Origin: a virus
Taxonomy: Duplodnaviria > Caudoviricetes
IMG/VR virus record: IMGVR_UViG_3300032330_001398
Strand: one strand, 5' to 3'
Length of the DNA stretch: 64,000 nt
In this document: piece by piece, positions 18,754-28,403 of the stretch
How the letters are laid out: the number at the start of each line of letters is the position of its first letter
Numbering within the stretch: position 1 is the first letter of the stretch
Made by a program: the position numbers and the translations under genes
The notes under the pieces: generated by a model
Told to the model about the DNA's origin: nothing
Database searches by the model: none
What the model saw: only the letters and a program-made list of their open reading frames with translations

Positions 18754-20598
18754 TTACTGTGGAAAATGTACATATAATGAATATCTATTTTGGGTGGTTA
18801 CAACATTTCCGTTAGTTATATCAACACTACAAGGTTGTGGTAGTCTGTCGCTTTGAGTAGCAAATTTATAGTATTTTTGATATCTAGGATCATAATAAGC
18901 AGCTTTATACCATTCATGTAAACTTGGAATTACTGCTTTTTCCGATAGCGCTCTTTGATAATAGCCGCTATAATCTTCATTATTAGATAAATCATATGCG
19001 CCAGTTTCTGTGCTATCGGACGTTCCTCCAAAAGATGGTTTGTTATTGTGTAACCAATTACAATATCTAGCAGCATGAATCCAATTTAAGCCAACCGCTG
19101 GTCTGCTTAAATTGTAAGAATAAACAAAGTATCTATTTCCAACCGGCCGAGTGGAGTCAAATAGTAATTGGTTTCCATAACTAGATTCTAGAGCTACTAA
19201 TGAACCAGATACTAATTTCATGCCAATCGTACAGTATTTTAGATTAAGGTGTTGAGCGCCGGTTGGATCAACAGTATTTAAATATGTAACGAATTCAGAA
19301 AATGTTAGTGGGTTTTTTTTAATCCAATATGGATAATTAACTGTTCCAATATTTTGTAAACCTAGTTCTAGTGTGGATGGTATGTCATACCTATATCTAC
19401 TTTCTCCTTGTGTTATTGTGTCGCTAGGATTTGAAATATTTCCAACCTCTGCCCATAAACTACTTTCATTTTGTGGAGGTGGTGAACACCTTACAATTCT
19501 AAGTCCAGTAGGATTATTGTCACTTTTTTGTAGAGTACTATTATAATAAGTTGATAGATTTGGAGCATTTTTTGCTGGAAATGTATAGTGTATCGCAACT
19601 CTTTGATTAAAGTAGGTGATTTGATCATTCGTTAATATGAAAGCGTTGTCGTATACTGATCCACCAAGAGCTACTCTAGTACTTCCAGCGTAATAAGACC
19701 CAGCACCGGCGAAATCATCTATATATTCATAAATATTTCCATCTTGACCATATGTTCCGTAATAACTTGGGTTAGTTGATGTGCTAACATTTACTGGAAG
19801 AATCTCTAGTTTTGATGTATTATTATAAGTTGGTCCTGTTCCGGCATCATTATAATACGTATAGCCAAGAGTTTGATTTCCATAGGCCGCGTATGTTATT
19901 GCTATTCCGGGAACTGCCGTTGTGGTAGTTGTTGTTGAAGTTGTTGGGCCAGATGTTGTAGTTGTTGTTGGGCCAGATGTGGTGGTGGTGGTGGTGGTTG
20001 TTGGACCAGATGTTGTGGTGGTGGTTGTTGGACCAGATGTTGTGGTCGTTGTTGGACCAGATGTAGTAGTTGGTCCAGATGTTGTTGTGGTCGTTGGACC
20101 AAGCGTGGTAGTGATAATACTACAGTCTAATGTTCCACACTCAACAGCATAAATACTTAAAGTTAATGGATTACTCCAATATCCAATTGCTGGAATTTTA
20201 GTTGAAGAAGCGTTAACAATTTTAATTGATATTTCGTCATTATTACTAACATATGAGTAAGCTATTACTGTTCCAGATAAAAGTTCTCTTGATGGAGAAA
20301 CCGATATAGAATATGCTTTTGATGTTAAAACGCCGGGAACATTTACTGTTAGAGTGTGACTTGAATTTACTAATATTTCTGGGAGAGTATAAACGCAAGA
20401 TCTACGTGTAAAAATATTATTGTTGTTATCTCCACCAATTGATGGTAGTTGACTCCAAGTTTTTACACCGTCACCAACTTTTAATAAATTTGCATCGATA
20501 GCAAAAGCTGGTTCTCCAGAAGCTAAAACTGGATTTGCATCATTAAACTCAGAAAGAGGTCCGCGACGAATTTTAATAGTATCATAAAAAGTAGTCAC
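18754..20598 (-). CDS. Fibre/adhesin: Mtd_N + Thr-rich linker + FGE-sulfatase/C-type-lectin-fold domain
   Basis: IKIRRG..LASGEP..LKVGDG; (SGPTTTT)n; SYYGTYGQDGNIYE, WIHAARYCNWLHN, ETGAY, EWYKAAYY. Confidence 0.8.
   Translation of the reverse strand: MTTFYDTIKIRRGPLSEFNDANPVLASGEPAFAIDANLLKVGDGVKTWSQLPSIGGDNNNNIFTRRSCVYTLPEILVNSSHTLTVNVPGVLTSKAYSISVSPSRELLSGTVIAYSYVSNNDEISIKIVNASSTKIPAIGYWSNPLTLSIYAVECGTLDCSIITTTLGPTTTTTSGPTTTSGPTTTTTSGPTTTTTTSGPTTTTTTTTSGPTTTTTSGPTTSTTTTTTAVPGIAITYAAYGNQTLGYTYYNDAGTGPTYNNTSKLEILPVNVSTSTNPSYYGTYGQDGNIYEYIDDFAGAGSYYAGSTRVALGGSVYDNAFILTNDQITYFNQRVAIHYTFPAKNAPNLSTYYNSTLQKSDNNPTGLRIVRCSPPPQNESSLWAEVGNISNPSDTITQGESRYRYDIPSTLELGLQNIGTVNYPYWIKKNPLTFSEFVTYLNTVDPTGAQHLNLKYCTIGMKLVSGSLVALESSYGNQLLFDSTRPVGNRYFVYSYNLSRPAVGLNWIHAARYCNWLHNNKPSFGGTSDSTETGAYDLSNNEDYSGYYQRALSEKAVIPSLHEWYKAAYYDPRYQKYYKFATQSDRLPQPCSVDITNGNVVTTQNRYSLYVHFPQ
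19917..20112. repeat. Variable-length SGP-Tn peptide repeat
   Basis: gttgg(a/g/t)ccagatgt unit repeated ~6 times with different Thr run lengths. Confidence 0.88.
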
Positions 20599-20610
20599 AG
20601 GCTATCCCTA

Positions 20611-20814
20611 TTAATGTGTTAAGGATTGTATGAATTGATCTATCAACTCTGGAGTCCACAGTAATTGAGCAATAGCTAGTGCTTGTGGATGTTCTTCTGG
20701 TGGCAAGTCTCCATTTGGAAGATAAGTTGCTCTACCTAGTGGCGCTAATGGATCATCTAATTTAATCCTCACAACTATAACACCATTTGGGAATATATCT
20801 GTTCTTATTATCAT
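20611..20814 (-). CDS. Hypothetical protein (possible fibre chaperone)
   Basis: 67 aa ending LWTPELI, directly upstream of the fibre gene. Confidence 0.5.
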   Translation of the reverse strand: MIIRTDIFPNGVIVVRIKLDDPLAPLGRATYLPNGDLPPEEHPQALAIAQLLWTPELIDQFIQSLTH

Positions 20815-20824
20815 TAGTTGTTCC

Positions 20825-21742
20825 TTAAAATACTTCGTTAATAGTCCAAGTTATTTTTCTTGCTGGGAATCCGTCAACGTCACTAAATACCCATGAACCA
20901 TTAGCTGCTAGCATTTCTTCTGCATCATCTTGTCTAATCCAAAAACTTCCATCTGGTTGATCGTGACGCTTATCGCCACCATTCCAAATTCCCCAACTAT
21001 TTTGAACTAAAAATAATGTTTCGTTGTATATCTCGCGTGTATCATCCATTCCTACCCAAGCCATCGCGTGACCCCAATTTCCACTTCTTTTTGCTATACC
21101 ATTTTTATCTCTGCGAGAAGAAAATCCAGAATTACTACATACAGAAATTGAATAACCGTTGGCTAAAGCATCTCTAGCTTGAGCAACAGTATTAACTAAA
21201 CTAATAGTTTTAACTTGGTGTTTTTTAGCTTCGTTAACTAAATCGTCTGGTATTCCGCGACTACCCCATTTTCCACCAATAGCGCTATATTCTGATAGAT
21301 CTATATCGCCATATTGTTGACGTAGCAATATTCCACCAGTTTGATGAACAAACCTTGCGGCAGCGGAACAACTCATACCTTCGCCAGCATAACCTCTTGA
21401 TCCATAAATAGCTTCTGTTGCACCTTTGGCAACAAATTCTTCGCGTTCGCCACCTATTATTTCGCAGCAGCGTGTAACGTCAACGCTGTTTCGCGTAGCA
21501 TGGCTGACACAATCACCTTGGACCTGTCTTTCTGACCGGCCAAAATCTGGATCGTATTTCATGATACTTTTAAAAAGTAAAGCTAACTTACCTTCGCCAG
21601 TACCAGATAAATTATATGCTGATGCGCCGAATAGAGGGTGTGGCAATTCTCCTAAGAGTTTCGCCACATCCTCTGGGTCGCACCAAGAGCCATTAAATCC
21701 ATCTTTATAAGCTTTTAATAGCTCACTTGGAGTTTTAAACAT
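20825..21742 (-). CDS. Papain-like cysteine peptidase (C1)
   Basis: QVQGDCVSHA (Gln/Cys), GHAM (His), VQNSWG (Asn). Confidence 0.88.
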   Translation of the reverse strand: MFKTPSELLKAYKDGFNGSWCDPEDVAKLLGELPHPLFGASAYNLSGTGEGKLALLFKSIMKYDPDFGRSERQVQGDCVSHATRNSVDVTRCCEIIGGEREEFVAKGATEAIYGSRGYAGEGMSCSAAARFVHQTGGILLRQQYGDIDLSEYSAIGGKWGSRGIPDDLVNEAKKHQVKTISLVNTVAQARDALANGYSISVCSNSGFSSRRDKNGIAKRSGNWGHAMAWVGMDDTREIYNETLFLVQNSWGIWNGGDKRHDQPDGSFWIRQDDAEEMLAANGSWVFSDVDGFPARKITWTINEVF

Positions 21743-21752
21743 TATATGTTCC

Positions 21753-21962
21753 TTACTTTGTGTTATCTTTAACCCATTTTACTGCTGAGTCGATTAGAAT
21801 TGTTACTACTGGAACAACTAATGCGGTGCCAGCACCAAGATCGATGTTGGATAAATTCTGACCGACATAAGTTAAAACAGCAGCTAAACCTACTAATACA
21901 GCATTTTTGGCTAACGATAAAGCATCGTTCTTGTTAAATTCGAAAGCTTTTGAGTCTAACAT
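21753..21962 (-). CDS. Holin-like small two-TM protein
   Basis: 69 aa, two hydrophobic helices, charged C-terminus, next to the peptidase. Confidence 0.55.
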   Translation of the reverse strand: MLDSKAFEFNKNDALSLAKNAVLVGLAAVLTYVGQNLSNIDLGAGTALVVPVVTILIDSAVKWVKDNTK

Positions 21963-21964
21963 TA

Positions 21965-22558
21965 TTATACCTCTTTGAGTTCTGAGACACTGACTAAAAA
22001 ACCACCATGTTCATGATCGTTTATTTTATATGGATATCCGGTCATCTGAACAAGTTTTCCATCACAGTTTTTGCTAACCCTCATGAATTTTCTATTCATT
22101 TCTAAACAAGATTTGAATTCTGCTAAAAATTCTTCTCTTTCATCTTCGTCTATATATGAAACCCAATCAAAACCTTCTGCGTGTTGTAGCTTATTAGCTG
22201 TTAACCTACAAAAGTTTTCATTGGACCAAGTTATTCTTCCTTTACTATCGGTTTCAAACAAAGAAACTAAACTATAATGTAAAGCTGCTTTTGTTCGTTG
22301 TTCGATAATTTTTTGACGCATCTCCATCCTGTGACAAGTAGTTCTTAAATCAACCACAGCATCTTTTAAACTATTTCCACCATTTGTGGTTAGTTCCTTC
22401 TTAATATCATTTATAGCTTTACTTACTAACTCTTGACCATTCATTAATTTGATAACTGGAACAACAACCTTAACCCAAATTAAGCTAAAGAAAGTTCCAA
22501 CACCACCAAGTAAACTTAAGATAAGAGTTACATACTCTGGATTTTTAAAATCTATCAT
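21965..22558 (-). CDS. Membrane-anchored PAS-domain protein
   Basis: N-terminal TM; NGGNSLKDAV; FETDSKGRITWSNENFCRLT...GFDWVSYIDEDERE PAS signature. Confidence 0.8.
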   Translation of the reverse strand: MIDFKNPEYVTLILSLLGGVGTFFSLIWVKVVVPVIKLMNGQELVSKAINDIKKELTTNGGNSLKDAVVDLRTTCHRMEMRQKIIEQRTKAALHYSLVSLFETDSKGRITWSNENFCRLTANKLQHAEGFDWVSYIDEDEREEFLAEFKSCLEMNRKFMRVSKNCDGKLVQMTGYPYKINDHEHGGFLVSVSELKEV

Positions 22559-22584
22559 GATTTCCCCAAAGTGATGCGATTAAT

Positions 22585-22614
22585 GGTGCCCTATAACATG
22601 AGCTATAAGGCACC
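22585..22614 (-). terminator. Stem-loop downstream of ORF 22631-23257
   Basis: GGTGCC-CTATA...TATA-AGGCACC inverted repeat. Confidence 0.5.
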
Positions 22615-22630
22615 TTTAATCTATATTAAA

Positions 22631-23257
22631 TCAAGATTCACGTACATTCTTAGCCTTATAGGAAACTGTGGTGGGACCAGCTAAGTAACCAAAGAAGTAG
22701 GTTAGATTGCCGGGAACCGAACGGCTAACAGTAGCAGCAGCGTCCGTTGCCGATGATGATCCATCGTCAGCTTGAACGTAGTTAACAACTGTTCCAGCAC
22801 CAGTACCCTTTGTGCGACCGGGAACAATCTTCCCGCCATTTGGTACTGCTAGAATATTAAATGAAGTGTCAGAGTATGAACCTAATTGGCGAGTTGTAAC
22901 AAGCTTATTAATAGTCTTGTTTGTGGCACCGCCGGGGATAGTTAGTACTGTTGATGAATCATTGTTAACCTTAGAAGCATTATCACCAGCATATCTCATG
23001 ATATAGTTGGTGCCTTTTGCTGGATTATAAGCGATACCGCCAGTACCAGCAGATTTTGCCAAGGCAATGCCCCAAGGGTCACTTGTGCCATTACCAGTAG
23101 CTGTATTTACATAAACTTTTGAGCCATAGCCATTATTGACTGAGGCATTGATAGTATTTAGTTCTAGATTTTTGGTTGTGTCACTGACATTACCAGCGTG
23201 AACAATTGTACCGCCATTATTATTTTTGACACCAGCCTTGGCTGTTGTATATGACAT
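22631..23257 (-). CDS. Hypothetical, probably structural protein
   Basis: Gly/Thr/Asn/Ala-rich; strong AGGAG RBS; GTGTAT motif upstream. Confidence 0.6.
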   Translation of the reverse strand: MSYTTAKAGVKNNNGGTIVHAGNVSDTTKNLELNTINASVNNGYGSKVYVNTATGNGTSDPWGIALAKSAGTGGIAYNPAKGTNYIMRYAGDNASKVNNDSSTVLTIPGGATNKTINKLVTTRQLGSYSDTSFNILAVPNGGKIVPGRTKGTGAGTVVNYVQADDGSSSATDAAATVSRSVPGNLTYFFGYLAGPTTVSYKAKNVRES

Positions 23258-23341
23258 AGATATTTCTCCTAGTAAAATAATTTAGTAAATTTGTGATATC
23301 CATGTCCTTACAAAGTCCTAGTCCTAACTGTTAATACACGA

Positions 23342-23812
23342 TTATGCGAATTTTTTACGAATATTCTGTATCATTTTATGTACTTTGCGTCTGGTACTTT
23401 CTCTATTTGTTCCATACTTTTGTGCCATTTCAGCGATTGTCATATTACTAGCTTTATCAATAAATATTTGCTTTTCTTCCTCGTTTAACTCGTCAAATAT
23501 GTCTATAATTAGAAATGGATCTTTATTATTAGATATATTGTCGTGTAATTTACCGCCGAAACGTTGAGATTTATTCTTAAATTTTATTTCCTTCATACAT
23601 TCGATAAAAACCCCGTTATAAAGATACGTTGTGAATTTGGCTGCTTTATTTGGATCATGATTCAAAAAAGCTTTCCAAAGAGCGTTGATTTGGCATGTGT
23701 AGATAGTATCTTTATCTAACTGTCCTTTAAATCTTTTTGAAGCCCTATTCATTATTTTAACTATATTACTATCATTTAATGCTGTTTCAATTTTATCATC
23801 AATACAATCCAT
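23342..23812 (-). CDS. RNA polymerase sigma-70-family factor
   Basis: ALWKA...DP.KAAKFTTY (region 2); MTIAEMAQKYGTNRESTRR (region 4 HTH). Confidence 0.82.
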   Translation of the reverse strand: MDCIDDKIETALNDSNIVKIMNRASKRFKGQLDKDTIYTCQINALWKAFLNHDPNKAAKFTTYLYNGVFIECMKEIKFKNKSQRFGGKLHDNISNNKDPFLIIDIFDELNEEEKQIFIDKASNMTIAEMAQKYGTNRESTRRKVHKMIQNIRKKFA

Positions 23813-23813
23813 A

Positions 23814-24236
23814 TCAATCTCCTTTAATTAGATTTTGCTCAATTGTCTTTCTTACTTCTTTAAAATCAAACATCTGTCCTATTCCAACAAAAAATCTATA
23901 CCTACTACAAATTTTTAGTAATTCTATGCCGGGAATTTGATTTAGTTTATCTTTTATTTTTGGCGTTATATCAAAGTTGGTATGGCCTATCCAGCAGTCA
24001 AAATTAGAGAGCATTGTCACATCCTCTATCAACTGATTAGTGATAGGCATCATTGTATTTAATTCACCTAAATCCTCTAAATCTTCTTCATCATCGTCAT
24101 CATCAATATTCTTATTTGCTTGTATGTTTTGTATAGCTATATTTTGAATAATAGTATTTAATAGTGGTGAAGATAGTTGTTTTTCAATAAAATCTTCATA
24201 CTTTTGCCATCCTATTTTTTTGATAAATTTTTGCAT
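23814..24236 (-). CDS. Hypothetical protein
   Basis: 140 aa with acidic linker; CWIGHTNFDIT..SRYRFF. Confidence 0.6.
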   Translation of the reverse strand: MQKFIKKIGWQKYEDFIEKQLSSPLLNTIIQNIAIQNIQANKNIDDDDDEEDLEDLGELNTMMPITNQLIEDVTMLSNFDCWIGHTNFDITPKIKDKLNQIPGIELLKICSRYRFFVGIGQMFDFKEVRKTIEQNLIKGD

Positions 24237-24254
24237 ACTCGGACTCCTTTGCCA

Positions 24255-24635
24255 TTATAGCATGTCGGAAGGTTTGATGCAAGGCTCATCCTTTGTGCTA
24301 TCCTTAGTAGACTGTAGTATTTTGTATCTTGCTTGCTGACCAACATGTGTTAATATAGTTAGCAAAACTTCTGGTTGATCATCATTTATAAGACCCTGTT
24401 TTAACATATTGATCGTTTCCATATAGAAACCATCGTTAGAAAGGGTGTCTAACAATTTACACATAGCATTTATTGATTCAACTTTATAATCATCCATTAG
24501 TATATCGATACTTGCCTCAAGGTTAGAATCAATATTGTACGCTATAGTTACTAATGGTAATTTATCTGGTTTTTGATCAATATTTTCCTGTTCAATTATT
24601 TTGGACTCTTTGTTTTTCTTGAAGAAATTAAACAT
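24255..24635 (-). CDS. Hypothetical protein
   Basis: Likely start MFNFFKK. Confidence 0.55.
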   Translation of the reverse strand: MFNFFKKNKESKIIEQENIDQKPDKLPLVTIAYNIDSNLEASIDILMDDYKVESINAMCKLLDTLSNDGFYMETINMLKQGLINDDQPEVLLTILTHVGQQARYKILQSTKDSTKDEPCIKPSDML

Positions 24636-25698
24636 TTTGTAACACCAAATTAGCTGAATTATCCCAGTTATAATTCTCAATACTCTTTAGTGCTAAATTA
24701 TTTATAGTCAACGAACTTGATTGTTTTAAGGAGTGGATATCTCTTAAATGGCTAATAAATTGATCTATTTCGTAATCATCTATTTTAGCCCAATTTCCAC
24801 ACTTGCCATGAAACCACTTTCCATCATAAGCTAGTTCAGTATTTTTTATATCGACTAGTCTGGAGTTCAAACTTGTGCAAAACTCTGTGTGTGCTGAGAA
24901 ATTTGTTGTAATCACACTCTTTCCACAAGCCATCATTTCTAATAACTCTAAATTCCAACCCTCTGCTCTTGATGGAAATACTCCACAATCTACTTGTGCC
25001 ATTATATTATACACTTCTTGCTGTGTTTGCTGGCGTGGAAATATCTTAATTTTATCTCCTAATTTTGAGTTTAAATATAGATCTTTCCATTCTTTAGATT
25101 CATTTGATGATAAAAATGGGTTATCACAAAGCATCCATAATTCAACATTGTCAGATTTTTCAAATGCCATATTAAATATTTTATATAGCACATCATGGCC
25201 TTTTCTAACTTCCCATTTGCCACAATTCAAGAATATGGTTTTGTCGCTGACGGTAGAAGCGTTAGAAACTTTGAAAATATTTTTATCAAAACCGAGTGGT
25301 ATAACATGAATATTATTTTTTCCAACGATAGTATTATTAATAACCACACCTTTCGCCCATTGTGAGCATACGAATATGCTATCTAAAGAATTGAGATGAT
25401 GCTTCTCTAAATCATTAAATTCATCTAATTCAAATATCGGAAAACCGATTCTTTTACCCCTTCCAGCAAATTGCGTCATATCATTTTGATGCCATATTTT
25501 AATACATGGAGCATCAAAGTCTAGAAAATTTTTATTACGTATACATACTGATATTAAATCAGCATCGGGTTGATTTGTTACCTGCGGTTGCCCTATTACG
25601 CATAAACTTACTGGAGTTTTTTTTGCTAGGAATTTTACTAGATTTAATCCTGTAATTCCATAGCCTAATTGATTAATTGGACTAACTATGTTAAGCAT
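24628..25698 (-). CDS. Glycosyltransferase, GT4 (GT-B fold)
   Basis: GKWEVRKGHD, FPSRAEGWNLELLEMMACG. Confidence 0.9.
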   Translation of the reverse strand: MLNIVSPINQLGYGITGLNLVKFLAKKTPVSLCVIGQPQVTNQPDADLISVCIRNKNFLDFDAPCIKIWHQNDMTQFAGRGKRIGFPIFELDEFNDLEKHHLNSLDSIFVCSQWAKGVVINNTIVGKNNIHVIPLGFDKNIFKVSNASTVSDKTIFLNCGKWEVRKGHDVLYKIFNMAFEKSDNVELWMLCDNPFLSSNESKEWKDLYLNSKLGDKIKIFPRQQTQQEVYNIMAQVDCGVFPSRAEGWNLELLEMMACGKSVITTNFSAHTEFCTSLNSRLVDIKNTELAYDGKWFHGKCGNWAKIDDYEIDQFISHLRDIHSLKQSSSLTINNLALKSIENYNWDNSANLVLQNV

Positions 25699-26630
25699 TT
25701 TTCACCTATAATTTGTATTTTAGAATCATGGAACATAGAATTTGTATGATGAGAATAAGATACTATCATACTTGGATCTAATAGTATTTTGTATCCGCTA
25801 TCTATTATTTCTTTATTTAACATAACGTGGTCTGGATCTGTAAATCCTTCTTGCCATTGTTTTGCTTTGTATTGTTTATTTAATAAGTGGTTTTTTTTGT
25901 ATATTGCCATTCCACCAAAATTAGATTGTACTTCAAATGGGTGTTGCCCTCTACTAAGATGAATATTGTTAAACACATATAATGAATTCATATGTATTCC
26001 AGATTTCCAATTTTTTGGTCTAAATGCTAAAGTATCATACATTAAATAATTTTTATTTGGAATACTTTCTAAGTTAATCTTGCCAGAATGTTCGGCTAGT
26101 ACACCGTAAGAAGTTACTGCTGCGTATAAATCATTTGATTCTAATGTAAAAATCCCATGAGCTATTCCAATATATGACCATCCTCCACAGACATCAAGAT
26201 CAACAACGCATATATAGTCAAATTTTTTTTCCAAATTATTTATATACGTTAGATATTTATTTCTACATTCTGCTAAAATATTACATCTATTGAAGTGCCA
26301 CCTATCTTCTCCAGAAATAATCTTTGCTACATAATCTTTATCCTGTCTTTTTTCACTTATGTAGTTTAGTTTATTTGATTTATTTTGTCTTAATATTTCC
26401 ACCGTATTATCTATAGAATCATTTTCATATATAAAGATCTCGTAGTCTTTAAATAGAGATCCAGTTCGATGTAAACATTGTATGTTTCTATTAAGAACAG
26501 ATTCTGCGTCTCTTACAATACTACAAAAAATAATAGATTTATTTTTACAAATATTTTCGCCCTGCTCTACTTTATATTTATACAAAGTATTATCGCATGG
26601 AAATAAATATTCTGGAAAGTCTGTATTCAT
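25686..26630 (-). CDS. Glycosyltransferase (GT-A, CAP59/GT2-like)
   Basis: IYENDSIDNT, LAECRN, VVDLD, VQSNFGGMAIY. Confidence 0.78.
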   Translation of the reverse strand: MNTDFPEYLFPCDNTLYKYKVEQGENICKNKSIIFCSIVRDAESVLNRNIQCLHRTGSLFKDYEIFIYENDSIDNTVEILRQNKSNKLNYISEKRQDKDYVAKIISGEDRWHFNRCNILAECRNKYLTYINNLEKKFDYICVVDLDVCGGWSYIGIAHGIFTLESNDLYAAVTSYGVLAEHSGKINLESIPNKNYLMYDTLAFRPKNWKSGIHMNSLYVFNNIHLSRGQHPFEVQSNFGGMAIYKKNHLLNKQYKAKQWQEGFTDPDHVMLNKEIIDSGYKILLDPSMIVSYSHHTNSMFHDSKIQIIGEKCLT

Positions 26631-26633
26631 ATT

Positions 26634-27176
26634 TTAGTCTTGATTAAAAAATATCCATCTACCAAAATCATTTAGGCTAGAAGTAGAATTTATATGATCT
26701 AAATAAGAGATTAATGATTCGGAATCACCAAATATATGTTGATGAGGTAGCATGAAGAATAGCCAATTTGGGGCTTTTTGTTTTCCTTGTTCGCACCATA
26801 TTAATACTGGTTTTTTTTGTCTATTAGCTGTTACGATTTCTTCATATGTTCCACATGCGTGGGTATTTAAATCAATATGAGCTATAATAAAATCAGAAAC
26901 ATCTACACATCTTAAATCAGCACATCTAATTATAGCATAATGTTTTCTTATTTTTTCATACTGCTGAGTTTCTTTATAGTATTCTATCCACTGTCTTGAG
27001 AAATCATCTTCTAATGAATTTTGAACTGGTTTTGTGCATGGATTTAGAATTTTTATATCTAGTTTTTTAAGTGTTGGTGTTATTTTATTTCTCCATGAAA
27101 CACCACCGTCTGGAACTCTATCCATAGCTCCGACCAAATATGTTTTAGTATCTTTAAGTCTATTTATTGAATCCAT
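26634..27176 (-). CDS. Nucleoside 2-deoxyribosyltransferase-like protein
   Basis: YLVGAM, WR, NP, DLRCVDVSD, CGTYEE, KPV. Confidence 0.75.
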   Translation of the reverse strand: MDSINRLKDTKTYLVGAMDRVPDGGVSWRNKITPTLKKLDIKILNPCTKPVQNSLEDDFSRQWIEYYKETQQYEKIRKHYAIIRCADLRCVDVSDFIIAHIDLNTHACGTYEEIVTANRQKKPVLIWCEQGKQKAPNWLFFMLPHQHIFGDSESLISYLDHINSTSSLNDFGRWIFFNQD

Positions 27177-27567
27177 TATCTATACTCCACCATACTCTTT
27201 TTATATCTAAAGCATTAATTATTTGTTCACATTTTTCACAAGGTTTACTACATCTTAATTGACCATGTTTATTCAGTCTAACGATAACCATGCGTAGGCT
27301 ACTATCTATATAGTGTTTGCCCCAAAGTCTAGAAATTAAATCTGTTTCAGCATGTAAATATGGATAATCATTGTCTATATTAAATCTCTGAGATAAGATT
27401 AACGCTTGAGTATGGGTTTTTTCTGGATTATTTTGTCCTATAGCAAGTAGTTTATTCTTTTTATATCCAAATGCGAAATGGAAGAACTTATTTTTTGTAT
27501 TCCTATTTAGTTTTGCTTTTGGTAAAAGTGTCAAAGCTATATCAAATGATTGGTCTATTATATTCAT
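27160..27567 (-). CDS. Zn-dependent cytidine-deaminase-fold protein
   Basis: HAETD...SKPCEKC. Confidence 0.78.
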   Translation of the reverse strand: MNIIDQSFDIALTLLPKAKLNRNTKNKFFHFAFGYKKNKLLAIGQNNPEKTHTQALILSQRFNIDNDYPYLHAETDLISRLWGKHYIDSSLRMVIVRLNKHGQLRCSKPCEKCEQIINALDIKRVWWSIDNGFNK

Positions 27568-27919
27568 TTTTTCATTACTATGTTGAGGAATTCTTGCACA
27601 CTGGCCGGTTGAGGATTATGTTTGCTAAAAATTGCTTTAGCTCTTTTCTTAGCTTCACTCTTTTTGTATCCAACTGCAATAAGGGTATCAATACAATCTA
27701 AATAAAGTTGCTGCGACTCAAAAGAATTTGATTTATCTTGCATTACAACTACTTGAGTATTTTCTTCAATAGTGCCTAACTGGAATAAATCATAATTAGG
27801 TGGCTGTATTATTCCAGACATAATATCACCATATGCTACATAAGCATAAAATGCCCCCAAAATAATTGCTACTGTTGCAAAAATATTTACAATATCTTGA
27901 GATGGTTGAGGATTCATAC
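27564..27919 (-). CDS. Hypothetical membrane protein with RuvA-C-like tail
   Basis: TM segment; LIAVGYKKSEAK. The ORF-track start lies in a terminator, so the likely start is MNPQP. Confidence 0.5.
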
Positions 27920-27954
27920 CTATGTTCCTGTAAAGTTCTGCTGTTATAAAGATC

Positions 27955-27982
27955 ATCATACCACATCTTTCGTCAAAGTCAA
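27955..27982 (-). promoter_or_regulatory. Sigma70-like promoter
   Basis: TTGACT-N16-TATGAT. Confidence 0.6.
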
Positions 27983-27995
27983 TGCGTAAACTTGA

Positions 27996-28038
27996 AAAAA
28001 AATGACCCGACAGCATTCCTGCATATCGGGTCACTTTT
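27996..28038 (-). terminator. Intrinsic terminator after ssb
   Basis: GTGACCCGA...TCGGGTCAT followed by a T run on the minus strand. Confidence 0.75.
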
Positions 28039-28063
28039 CCACAAACCTATTTAGTTAGTGAGT

Positions 28064-28399
28064 TCACTCTTTAATTGTTTCTTGAAGTACAGGATTGGAC
28101 GGTCCAAGAGAAATTTCATCAGCCATTACGCAAACAGAATTTCTAGTATTACCTTCCTTATCCTGATAATCATCAATCTTTATCTTTCCTTGAACCCCAA
28201 CCAAACGACCCTTTGTGAGATGGTCTTTAAGAGCTTCTGCCATCTTACCAAAGCATAGAACGTTAAGGAATAATGTATCATCATTCCTACGATCATTAAC
28301 CGCCATTCTAAACTTTGCCATTGAAGTACCCTTCTGAGTGGTACTATGCTCCGCATCCTTTGTTAAACGACCACAACCTAGCCATGTGTTAATATTCAT
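28064..28399 (-). CDS. ssb: Single-stranded DNA-binding protein
   Basis: GRLTKDAE, FRMAVN, FGKMAE, LTKGRLVGVQG. Confidence 0.9.
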   Translation of the reverse strand: MNINTWLGCGRLTKDAEHSTTQKGTSMAKFRMAVNDRRNDDTLFLNVLCFGKMAEALKDHLTKGRLVGVQGKIKIDDYQDKEGNTRNSVCVMADEISLGPSNPVLQETIKE

Positions 28400-28403
28400 A
28401 CTT

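Noticed and set aside
16999-20598. Diversity-generating retroelement suggested by Mtd_N and the CLec-fold domain
   Set aside because: No reverse transcriptase and no template/variable repeat pair differing at adenines seen in the window; one elsewhere in the genome cannot be excluded.
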